Below, piece after piece: positions 56,558-64,000 of a DNA stretch of 64,000 nucleotides. A program made the translations under genes and the position numbers. The DNA is taken from the NCBI GenBank assembly GCA_001787405.1, contig MFWV01000009.1, forward strand, positions 26,278 through 90,277. The letters are read 5' to 3'. The notes beneath the pieces were generated by a model. It was not told the DNA's origin. It worked only from the letters and a program-made list of their open reading frames with translations, and made no database searches. Origin of the DNA: Candidatus Pacebacteria bacterium RIFOXYA1_FULL_38_18 (lineage in GTDB: Bacteria > Patescibacteriota > Microgenomatia > UBA1400 > PJMF01). Position 1 is the stretch's first letter; every line of letters starts with the position of its first letter.

Positions 56558-57387
56558 AGTTGTCGCAATCTCTCTTGTAAGAAAGATACTAATTTATTCA
56601 AATCTGCATAAATTGGATTGAGAGTCTTGCTCAAATTGTTATAAAAACTGCCACTATTTTCTTCTCTCAGATCAACCTCCAAACTCGTCCAGGTAGCTTT
56701 GAGTAGATCAACCAAAAATTGATTTATTCGCTCAGTTTCACGCACCGATCTTTCCAAAGCAATCCCACTTTGACTTGCTTCTTCTTTTAATAAATCTTGG
56801 TTGATCGCCGTTAATTGATCTAAAACGTTTTGTAATTTTCCCAAAGATAATAATGAGATGGTTTGTTGAGCAACATCGACTAAAATAAGAGATTGAGTCG
56901 TAAAAGCATCACTCAATTGATTTAACTGCTCACGATCATTGGCGCCAGAAATAGCTTGTTGATGAGTCTGTAGCCAATTTTTTTGTACTTCCAAACGATT
57001 TAACACCAATTCTTTGAGTGATAACTCCACTCCTTCAGCAGCAATCAAGCTTACCCTCAATAAATCAAAATAAGTAATCAAAACCTGATTGCGCAACTTC
57101 ATCACTTTGCTGGCTACATCAGTCACTTCATTAATAGATGCCAAAGTCTGTAATTGACGGTATTGATCACGAGCAATGACGAATTCTTTCTCAGCTAAAC
57201 GATATTCAGAAAGTTGGCCCCGATAAATATTATTCAGCTCTACTAGTTCTGCATCAAAACGCTGTTTTTGTAAAATTACTTGCTCGGTTTGTTCTTGAGA
57301 GTTTTGCTCGTCTGGATTCTCTTGCGCCAAACAACTAGTGGGCAATACTAGTAAAGTAAAACTTAATAAAATCAGTAAATATTTCAT
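56554..57387 (-). CDS. Secreted coiled-coil protein (hypothetical)
   Basis: Signal peptide MKYLLILLSFTLLVLPTSCLA and a Q/E/L-rich heptad-like sequence. Confidence 0.55.
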   Translation of the reverse strand: MKYLLILLSFTLLVLPTSCLAQENPDEQNSQEQTEQVILQKQRFDAELVELNNIYRGQLSEYRLAEKEFVIARDQYRQLQTLASINEVTDVASKVMKLRNQVLITYFDLLRVSLIAAEGVELSLKELVLNRLEVQKNWLQTHQQAISGANDREQLNQLSDAFTTQSLILVDVAQQTISLLSLGKLQNVLDQLTAINQDLLKEEASQSGIALERSVRETERINQFLVDLLKATWTSLEVDLREENSGSFYNNLSKTLNPIYADLNKLVSFLQERLRQL

Positions 57388-57388
57388 T

Positions 57389-57646
57389 TTAAATAGTAAT
57401 TAAAAATAATAATAAACCAATTAATAAAGAAACAGCAAAATATTCTGTGATGACCTTACTGTTTAGACGACTGGTTTTGATATGAGTAGTAATACCCCAA
57501 AGAAAATAAAAAACAGCAAAAATAAGACTAGATAGGCGCTGGGCAACCCGATTGGGCCAAACCGCAAAAAAATAAAATAAAAATATTCCAATTCCTATTA
57601 GTAAAACAGCGTAGGCAAGTTTGTGATGGTTAAAATTGAATTTCAT
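57389..57646 (-). CDS. Small two-TM membrane protein (hypothetical)
   Basis: 85 aa with two hydrophobic helices. 2-nt gap to the next gene. Confidence 0.4.
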   Translation of the reverse strand: MKFNFNHHKLAYAVLLIGIGIFLFYFFAVWPNRVAQRLSSLIFAVFYFLWGITTHIKTSRLNSKVITEYFAVSLLIGLLLFLITI

Positions 57647-57650
57647 AATT

Positions 57651-58619
57651 TTATTGAATTAAACCACTACGGAAAAAGATCAAGATAAAAGTTACCGCGC
57701 CCAAAACTAATAAATGCCCCAAATTTTTATTGAAAGCCATCACTATTTGACGATTACGAACAATAAAACTGTCATAAATCAGAGTAGCCGTAATCAAAAT
57801 AATCACTGCCAAAAAGAAAGCTTTTGTCAGGTGGAGAGGGGTGAGCAATACTGGATTATCTAAAGGATTTGGTAATAGTACCGAACCAGCCAATACCTGA
57901 GTTTCCTGATCAGTTGCTGATTTTACTGATGCTACTTCTTGTCTGGCAGAATCAGTCAATAACTGTTGTTGGCCAGCTTTATTATTGGCTACTGTAGTGG
58001 GACTCCCAAACATTTGCACCACCAAAGTAGTTTCAAATCCTTGTAAATTACCATTGATTACCGCAATGCCAATCTCTTCAAATTTATTATTTACAATGTT
58101 TGCACGATGAGTAGGTGATTTCATCCAAGCCTCCATCATTTCAGTCGTATCCATAAAATCACGAGCCAAATTTTCCCCAGCAGCTTTATAAACATAACCA
58201 GATTCTTTAATGAAGCTCCAAGGCTCCATACCGTCTGGTGAAGTATGAGACCAATATTGATCAGTAAACATATCCTGACCTTTAGCCAAAGCCGCTTGGG
58301 ATAATTTTTCGTTAATTTTTAGTTCTGATAGTCCTTGATTAACTCGTTGCTGATTGGTCTGAATTAGGACATCTTCGGCCGTAATATTGGAAGCATAACC
58401 CAAAATAGAACTACTTAAACTTGGGAAAAAACGCAATGCTCGCACTATGGAAAATGAAGCCAGCACAATCAAACAAAAATACAAAATAGATTCTGGGTGC
58501 AAAAGTTTAGAGCGGTAATAATTGCGCTTTGAAGGTCTGAAAAGATGAGTAAGAGTGCTACCTAGCTTGGCGGGCTGGTGGCGCTTTCTTCTTCGGGGCA
58601 TGGTCTCTATTATGCACAT
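57651..58619 (-). CDS. CAP (SCP/PR-1/YkwD-like) domain protein, membrane-anchored at both ends
   Basis: YWSHTSPDGMEPWSFIKESGYVYKAAGENLARDF...EAWMKSPTHRANIVNNKFEEIGIAV is the CAP domain signature. It has N-terminal and C-terminal TM helices. Confidence 0.7.
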   Translation of the reverse strand: MCIIETMPRRRKRHQPAKLGSTLTHLFRPSKRNYYRSKLLHPESILYFCLIVLASFSIVRALRFFPSLSSSILGYASNITAEDVLIQTNQQRVNQGLSELKINEKLSQAALAKGQDMFTDQYWSHTSPDGMEPWSFIKESGYVYKAAGENLARDFMDTTEMMEAWMKSPTHRANIVNNKFEEIGIAVINGNLQGFETTLVVQMFGSPTTVANNKAGQQQLLTDSARQEVASVKSATDQETQVLAGSVLLPNPLDNPVLLTPLHLTKAFFLAVIILITATLIYDSFIVRNRQIVMAFNKNLGHLLVLGAVTFILIFFRSGLIQ

Positions 58620-58671
58620 TCTTGCCCATCTCTACAAGAGAAATTGCAAGAATGCTCGGATTCAAGAAGAT

Positions 58672-59259
58672 TTAAACTTGATCTAGATGAAAAATTACAT
58701 CCAAATCAAACACATCGCCCATAGCTTCTGAACCACAATTATCGGTACGCATCATCAAGTGCATTTTTGCTGATCCCACTCCCACCCAAGCATCAACTTG
58801 GTTTCCCCAAAATGTTTCCAAACTACTCACAGTATTAATCGACGTCCAATCAATTGTTTGCGCCTCCAATATTGTTTGATTTTCTGGATCAGCACTATTA
58901 TCAAAACCAATCCAAACCTCTGCACACTTATCCAGCTCCCCTTCACCAGCAACATCGGTCTCTGATTCAGGATTATCTCCTTCTGCACTATTCTTGGTCA
59001 CCAACTCCATCCAAAAATTACCATCCAGGCCACCGACGCTAGCTATAGGTAACCAAAATTCACGAATTTCTCCAGCAACTAAATTATTAAATACATAGCT
59101 AACCGTACTGGGATCATTTTCACCCACTTTCAAATTGAGAGTAGCTCCTCTCACTTTGACCGTAGTTTGTTCAATATCTTGCAATAGTGCCCTGGAAACA
59201 GTTGCCAAACTAAAACTCAACAGTCCCGCCAAAATTATTGCTATCAAGAGTTTTTTCAT
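58672..59259 (-). CDS. Secreted protein, possibly TasA/camelysin-like (SipW-cognate-type signal)
   Basis: Signal MKKLLIAIILAGLLSFSLATVSRA, then ...TVKVRGATLNLKVGEND...FNNLVAGEIREF, reminiscent of the TasA N-terminus. Weak. Confidence 0.45.
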   Translation of the reverse strand: MKKLLIAIILAGLLSFSLATVSRALLQDIEQTTVKVRGATLNLKVGENDPSTVSYVFNNLVAGEIREFWLPIASVGGLDGNFWMELVTKNSAEGDNPESETDVAGEGELDKCAEVWIGFDNSADPENQTILEAQTIDWTSINTVSSLETFWGNQVDAWVGVGSAKMHLMMRTDNCGSEAMGDVFDLDVIFHLDQV

Positions 59260-59274
59260 CCTCTCCTTTCTTTT

Positions 59275-60174
59275 TTATTTTTTACTACTACTTATGCTCA
59301 GTTTTTTTAAACTTAAGCGGTTATCAATAATTCTGGATTGATTTTTATCACGAATCATCAACCAAATTACTCCAGCCAACACTAGCCAAACCAACCAAAC
59401 AAACCAACTCTGATCCACCAATTGTTTCAATCGCTCTTGCCAATAACTCAACTGAGTGGCTGAGTTTTCGTCTTCAGCACCCAACACCTGCCCAGCAAGC
59501 CTTGCTTCATCAAAAGCAACCACATCTGGCTCTTTGATTGGCTGATTCAATTTTTCACCAACATCATCTCCATTTTTAATTACATCTGGAATTTCTTGAA
59601 TTACTATTGACTGATCAACAATCATTGACTGACCAAAAATCTTTATGGATTGTAAAATTACTCCTGACGGATTGAGCAAATCTCCCATTTCTCCAGCAAA
59701 AATCGTCAAAGTTTGCGCTCCACTCAAAGAGCCTAAATAAAGTTTTTCTGTTTGTAACTTACAACAAATCTGGGCGATGCTTTTTTTCAAAATTACTTGG
59801 TTATTTAAAAACACTACTATGACCGGATCATCAAATCCCGCCTCGGTTTCTTGAGACCAAGGCTGATAAATCAATTCCAACCAAACATCCTGATTCTGAT
59901 CAAGTGCAAATTCTTTTCTAAAACTGTTTTGCACCAAAAAATGAGGTTCCGCACTCGTATTGAGTAATACTTCTTGATCAATTAAAGAAAATAATAAATC
60001 AGCAGCCTCTTCACCCGCAAACTCTGCTTTGACCACCTCGCCAAATTCCCAAGACCCATCCAGTTGTGAACCAAATAACTCACTTTCTGGAGTAAAAACC
60101 TTTGCTCCAACACCAGAAGCTAGCCACAAAAGCCCACAAATTAATTCGATAATAATCAATGAAAAAAACTTCAC
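59275..60174 (-). CDS. Membrane-anchored extracytoplasmic protein with C-terminal TM plus basic tail (hypothetical)
   Basis: N-terminal signal/TM; C-terminal WFVWLVWLVLAGVIWLMIRDKNQSR. No LPXTG or PEP motif. Confidence 0.5.
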   Translation of the reverse strand: MKFFSLIIIELICGLLWLASGVGAKVFTPESELFGSQLDGSWEFGEVVKAEFAGEEAADLLFSLIDQEVLLNTSAEPHFLVQNSFRKEFALDQNQDVWLELIYQPWSQETEAGFDDPVIVVFLNNQVILKKSIAQICCKLQTEKLYLGSLSGAQTLTIFAGEMGDLLNPSGVILQSIKIFGQSMIVDQSIVIQEIPDVIKNGDDVGEKLNQPIKEPDVVAFDEARLAGQVLGAEDENSATQLSYWQERLKQLVDQSWFVWLVWLVLAGVIWLMIRDKNQSRIIDNRLSLKKLSISSSKK

Positions 60175-60260
60175 CCTCTCAGCTTAAAAGACAATTCTGA
60201 CAAAAACCGTAACATCCGTTGAGTGCCTGAGGAAAAAAACGTATAATACCCATCTGCTAG

Positions 60261-60332
60261 GCCCCATCGTCTAGCGGTTAGGACATCGGGTTCTCATCCC
60301 GGCAACTGGGGTTCGATTCCCCATGGGGTCAC
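60261..60332 (+). tRNA. tRNA-Glu (anticodon CTC)
   Basis: Manual cloverleaf: acceptor GGCCCCA/TGGGGTC (one G-U), D-arm GTCT-AGCGGTTA-GGAC, anticodon stem TCGGG/CCCGG with loop TTCTCAT, T-arm TGGGG-TTCGATT-CCCCA, discriminator A. CCA is not encoded. Confidence 0.8.
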
Positions 60333-60341
60333 AAAACAGAA

Positions 60342-60371
60342 AAGATTGCTTCAGCAATCTTTTTTTGTTTT
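60342..60371 (+). terminator. Rho-independent terminator downstream of tRNA-Glu
   Basis: AAAGATTGC-TTCA-GCAATCTTT followed by TTTTTGTTTT. Confidence 0.7.
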
Positions 60372-60466
60372 ATAAGCTCACGATTGGAAAAGATCACTAG
60401 TTCGCCCTACGAAGTACAAATAATTCTTCCTTCAGCCTGAGTAATTCGCAGGAACAAAGCGACGAG

Positions 60467-60490
60467 AATTCCCCATGGGGTCACAAAACA
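60467..60490 (+). repeat. Direct repeat duplicating the 3' end of tRNA-Glu (ATTCCCCATGGGGTCACAAAACAG), att-site-like
   Basis: The identical 24-mer occurs at 60317-60340 (the tRNA 3' end plus 8 nt) and at 60467-60490. Confidence 0.6.
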
Positions 60491-60561
60491 GGAATTTAGA
60501 GGAATAATTTTGGAGTTAATTTCAATAAAGCCTTTGTATATAGCTCTATTGTAAACGTAAT

Positions 60562-61086
60562 TTATTTAGTGGAAATACTAGCTAGTTTTCCAAGTTCTTC
60601 ATCAAAACGATAATGAGAGTAGGAAACCGGTTTATTATTAGCATCTAGTTCTACTACGCTCAAGCTAATAGAGTCTGTTGATTCGGCTACAGGAACTCTA
60701 ATTTCAAATTGTTTATCGATTATTACCAAGTGATTCTTATTTAGTTTTACCGATTCAACTGTAACAAGAGGAAAGTTAGCAGCTAATTCTTCCATTCTAT
60801 CAAAGTATGCTTTTTGATCGTCGCCATCAACATTTCTTGATTCAATAAGCTCTCCATTTTTATAAACCTTCCAATTGCCAGTTATATGGATTTGATATCG
60901 ACCTCTTTCATAAGGCTCATCTTGTCCATCTTTTCCGGGTAATGTGTCGGTGTATTTTTGACCCAAATCAATAGTTAGCCAGCCATCAGCAGGATGTATA
61001 ACTCTCCAAATTGATTTACCAATAACTTCTTTGAAAGACAATATAAAATCTTGAATTGATATGGATTGCTTATTCATAATGTTCAT
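60562..61086 (-). CDS. Hypothetical protein (no recognisable family), in AT-rich segment
   Basis: 174-aa ORF. Local composition is more AT-rich than the flanking core genes. Confidence 0.45.
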   Translation of the reverse strand: MNIMNKQSISIQDFILSFKEVIGKSIWRVIHPADGWLTIDLGQKYTDTLPGKDGQDEPYERGRYQIHITGNWKVYKNGELIESRNVDGDDQKAYFDRMEELAANFPLVTVESVKLNKNHLVIIDKQFEIRVPVAESTDSISLSVVELDANNKPVSYSHYRFDEELGKLASISTK

Positions 61087-61266
61087 TATAGTAAATTGAA
61101 GAGAATTTGATATCTTATTTTATCTATTCATAGCTTTCTCTTACCGATATAGTTGCTTCATCTAGTTCATCCATTTTAGTTCAATTCCCCCCCCTACACA
61201 GTAATAATGTCAAATCATCACAATCTCAAAAAAAATATTTCAATAACTCAATCATGAGCTGATAGA

Positions 61267-61842
61267 ATGGTGGATGTGCAAATAAAAAAATGGAAATTAT
61301 TGTCCAGAAAGAATGTTTCGCCCAGCAAATGGTTTCCCGTAGAAAAGAGAGTTTATAAACTCCCAAATGGAAAAATAGTCGATGATTTTACGGTTGCCAC
61401 CCTCGCTGATGTAGCAATGATTGTGCCGATTACTATTGATGAAAAAATAGTTTTTGTTCGTCAATATAAACCTGGCTACGATGAGGTAATTATAGAATTT
61501 CCCTCAGGTAGAATGGAAAACAATCATAAAAATATCAAAGAAACAGCCATACACGAACTGGAAGAAGAAACTGGTATAAAAACTAATTCTCTAAATTTTA
61601 TTGGTATTTTTTCTGGATTTGTAACTAAAGCCACAGAAAAAGTACATTGTTACTTGGTGGAAAATGCCGAATTTAATTCTATACAAAATCTAGATGAGAC
61701 TGAAGAAATAGAAGTAATTGCTTTGAGTTTTGATGAAGTGGAATTATTGATTGAAAAAAATAAAATCAATGCAGCGATTACGGTAGCAGCTTGGGATCTG
61801 ACGAAAAGAAAATTTAAACATAAATTTTCAACCTGGAAATAA
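61267..61842 (+). CDS. Nudix hydrolase (ADP-ribose pyrophosphatase-like)
   Basis: Nudix box GRMENNHKNIKETAIHELEEETGI (G-x5-E-x7-REuxEExGu pattern). Confidence 0.75.
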   Translation: MVDVQIKKWKLLSRKNVSPSKWFPVEKRVYKLPNGKIVDDFTVATLADVAMIVPITIDEKIVFVRQYKPGYDEVIIEFPSGRMENNHKNIKETAIHELEEETGIKTNSLNFIGIFSGFVTKATEKVHCYLVENAEFNSIQNLDETEEIEVIALSFDEVELLIEKNKINAAITVAAWDLTKRKFKHKFSTWK

Positions 61843-61864
61843 TTTATTATAATATAATTCAAGT

Positions 61865-62119
61865 ATGCCTAGAAATCCTGATTATCAAAAGTTTTTAGAT
61901 ATTCATGTGGATGGTCAGCCTGATGGCTTGCCTCAAAATCAAGAAAGTGTCGCCACACCTGAAGAGATTGGTTGGCGCAAACAATATCAGATGAGAAGAG
62001 CGATTGGTAAAGCTAGAAGGGGTGTTGCCACCAGAGAAGACTTGATTTATTTAGCAAAGCACGGTCTTTATTATCCAGATACACCCAGGTCATTGCGAAA
62101 AAAAACAAATAAAAAATAA
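61865..62119 (+). CDS. Small basic hypothetical protein
   Basis: 84-aa ORF 22 nt after the Nudix gene, with no recognisable motif. Confidence 0.3.
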   Translation: MPRNPDYQKFLDIHVDGQPDGLPQNQESVATPEEIGWRKQYQMRRAIGKARRGVATREDLIYLAKHGLYYPDTPRSLRKKTNKK

Positions 62120-62139
62120 AATCTAAATTAGATTAATCT

Positions 62140-63903
62140 TTATTTTCTCTCTTCAGCTTCCTCAATCCCTTTGAGACCATAAACTAAAAACCAAGCAATT
62201 CCTGCTTGATCGGCTGGATCTTGCCAAGAAAATCTACCCTGAAATTCTACGGTTAGGTTGGTGTTCAAAACATTTTCCATAGCTCCTACTGCAGGTACTA
62301 TTTCAGACCAATATGACCTTAGACGTTGCTCGATTTCCTTGATAAAAATCAAGGACCTGGAAACAATTATTTCATTCAAAATAAGTCGGGGCACCTGGCC
62401 CTGTTCAACTAACTCTATCAAAATTTCTTGAATGATTGCTTGGCTGATTTTTTCAGTGCGATCTGTTTTTTGAAATTTTGTTTTATATCTGGAATTAATT
62501 TCTTGATAAAGAGCTCTTTCATAAGCTGAGAGATTTTTTTCGCTAGCTAGTTTGGCTACTAAATCAGTTACTCTTTGAAAGTCCAAATGATCTGTCCCCA
62601 AACCAAAATTAATACGACTGATTCCATCTGGAAAATTCTTTTTCAAAAATAAGGCAATACTGATGATTTTTTCTTTGGGGTATGCAGTTTCTTCTCCAGA
62701 ATATTGATTGATTTCCAGATTTTCCAGAGTTCTCAGATGAGCTACTTCTGGCAAAATGCTTCCCCTAACTACTGGTTCTTTTTCTCTAGACATTTGCAAA
62801 CCAATGACAAAATGTTCTTGGGCTAATTCTTGACTCATTTTACCGGGACGATTAAAGCCTATTAAGACTTCTTCCAAAGTCACTGATTCATGCAGACCTT
62901 TTAGCCAATCAGGGAAAAGACCATACTTGGAAGTAGGTGCCTGATGTTGGTCAAAAACAGTTTTATCTCCAGTAAAGAAGGCATCAATCAATACAGCTGA
63001 TTCTTGTTCGGCACGAGGATCAAATAAAATCCAGGGATTGTTGCCCAATCTGGTTTGATCGCCGTGATAAGTAAATGCCGAACGAATCGTAACTTGATAA
63101 CCTTCTCTCAAGCCAGCCAGAATTTTTTCTTTAATTTTTGCTTGATTGGTTCTCTCCACCTCTCCTTCTTTTGAAATATTCAATTTCATGGGGCGGTAAA
63201 GAGTGATTATTTCCTTTGGAAAAACTTCGTTGATGAGAGCTTGAGATTGAGCTTTGATTGAACTGAATGTTCTTTTGATCAAAGGTCTTTTCTCTTGCAA
63301 TTCCAGATAGTTCTTTCCATATGTTATTTCTCCTGTTGATCCAACCAATCCCTCAGTCCAAAAACTAGTTCCCAGTTTTTTTCTCTGCTCCAATCTTTCG
63401 GCTGCTACTGGCTCCAATCGATGTTTGATGATTTTTAATTTGCCCTGATAAACCTGACCATTGTCACTATTTACCGATAACCAATCGCCTTTTTTGATTC
63501 TGGTATTTTTAAAACAAAGGGTGGCTTCTTTTATTCTCAAATCTTCATTACCGCAACCCATCACTCCCACACCACCCTGGGCGTTGATGATGCTAGCTAC
63601 ATGACTTTGAGCTGTACCCCGAAAAGAAACTATGGCAAACCGCCGATTAAACTCTCCCATTAGTCTCAACAGTTCTACTTCATTTTCAATTAATTCTTGA
63701 ACAAGGATAACTGAATCACCATCTTCCAAGAGAGTAGCGGCATCAGTAAAATTGGTTGCCAGTTTGCCCACCAATACTCCCCCTCCTATTCCATGACCCT
63801 GAGCCAATAATCTATCCTCTTGAATCGCTCGTCGTTCTTCTTTTTGAGTAAAAGTGCTTTTTAGAGCATCAATGTCTTGCGGTTTGATTAATTTTCTCAA
63901 CAA
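62140..63903 (-). CDS. Protein with N-terminal PEP-utilizing-enzyme mobile (phosphohistidine swivel) domain and a long uncharacterized C-terminal region
   Basis: FAIVSFRGTAQSHVASIINAQGGVGVMGCG aligns to the GGRTSHAAIIAREL-GIP-CVVGC phospho-His motif of PPDK/PEP synthase/EI. No ATP-grasp is recognised and the domain order is atypical. Confidence 0.55.
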   Translation of the reverse strand: MLRKLIKPQDIDALKSTFTQKEERRAIQEDRLLAQGHGIGGGVLVGKLATNFTDAATLLEDGDSVILVQELIENEVELLRLMGEFNRRFAIVSFRGTAQSHVASIINAQGGVGVMGCGNEDLRIKEATLCFKNTRIKKGDWLSVNSDNGQVYQGKLKIIKHRLEPVAAERLEQRKKLGTSFWTEGLVGSTGEITYGKNYLELQEKRPLIKRTFSSIKAQSQALINEVFPKEIITLYRPMKLNISKEGEVERTNQAKIKEKILAGLREGYQVTIRSAFTYHGDQTRLGNNPWILFDPRAEQESAVLIDAFFTGDKTVFDQHQAPTSKYGLFPDWLKGLHESVTLEEVLIGFNRPGKMSQELAQEHFVIGLQMSREKEPVVRGSILPEVAHLRTLENLEINQYSGEETAYPKEKIISIALFLKKNFPDGISRINFGLGTDHLDFQRVTDLVAKLASEKNLSAYERALYQEINSRYKTKFQKTDRTEKISQAIIQEILIELVEQGQVPRLILNEIIVSRSLIFIKEIEQRLRSYWSEIVPAVGAMENVLNTNLTVEFQGRFSWQDPADQAGIAWFLVYGLKGIEEAEERK

Positions 63904-64000
63904 TTTATTTTCAAATCGTTGATTTAGATCTGCTGGAGATTGAAAAGAGGCAAGCTGAAGAATTCGGTCTATTAGAGCTAAAACTATTTTAATCTTGGCT

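Noticed and set aside
60174-61266. An integrase or recombinase next to the tRNA-Glu att-like duplication
   Set aside because: No ORF with tyrosine or serine recombinase motifs is present. The only nearby gene, 60562-61086, has no recognisable catalytic signature.
1-64000. rRNA genes, transposases or IS elements
   Set aside because: No ORF has DDE or HTH transposase signatures. No terminal inverted repeats bound a gene. No long non-coding stretch is compatible with 16S, 23S or 5S rRNA.

Overview
This is an AT-rich (roughly 35-40% GC) bacterial window with tightly packed, often 4-nt-overlapping genes; the style is consistent with a small-genome lineage such as Candidate Phyla Radiation/Patescibacteria. 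That lineage call is an inference from gene content, not a database hit.

Positions ~100-40850 form one very large cell-envelope glycosylation locus. It holds at least ten polytopic GT-C-type (ArnT/PMT-like) membrane glycosyltransferases, six of them close paralogs. Three large paralogous membrane proteins share a conserved N-terminal HD..H..R / FPxRW / GYxxPxFxFYxPL motif; the label 'YfhO-like' used for them in the features and findings is a loose architectural analogy, since the Bacillus YfhO N-terminus as I recall it does not carry this motif. The locus also contains seven GT2 enzymes, several of them DPM1/ArnC-like polyprenol-phosphate-sugar synthases and one fused to a GtrA-like domain. 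It further includes two GT4 enzymes, a Wzx-type flippase, an LCP-family ligase and nucleotide-sugar genes (rmlB, rmlD, ugd, gmd, an rmd-like reductase, a surE-like gene). argS and trmD are embedded in it.

Downstream features are:
- a sensor-less histidine-kinase core overlapping an OmpR-type regulator convergently
- tRNA-Gln(CTG), followed by a compositionally atypical mini-island: consensus promoter, structured leader, a higher-GC two-TM protein gene and a 116-nt palindrome
- a stand-alone Cas4-like Fe-S PD-(D/E)xK nuclease next to an MFS transporter
- housekeeping genes (prmC-like, dsbA-like, recJ, cca, rseP, frr)
- a cluster of small secreted or membrane-anchored envelope proteins (CAP domain, TasA/camelysin-like, coiled coil)
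- tRNA-Glu(CTC) with a duplicated 3' end and an AT-rich downstream segment
- Nudix and PEP-utilizing-domain proteins

No CRISPR array, rRNA, integrase or transposase was recognised. All calls rest on motif-level reading of the supplied translations; no searches were run.
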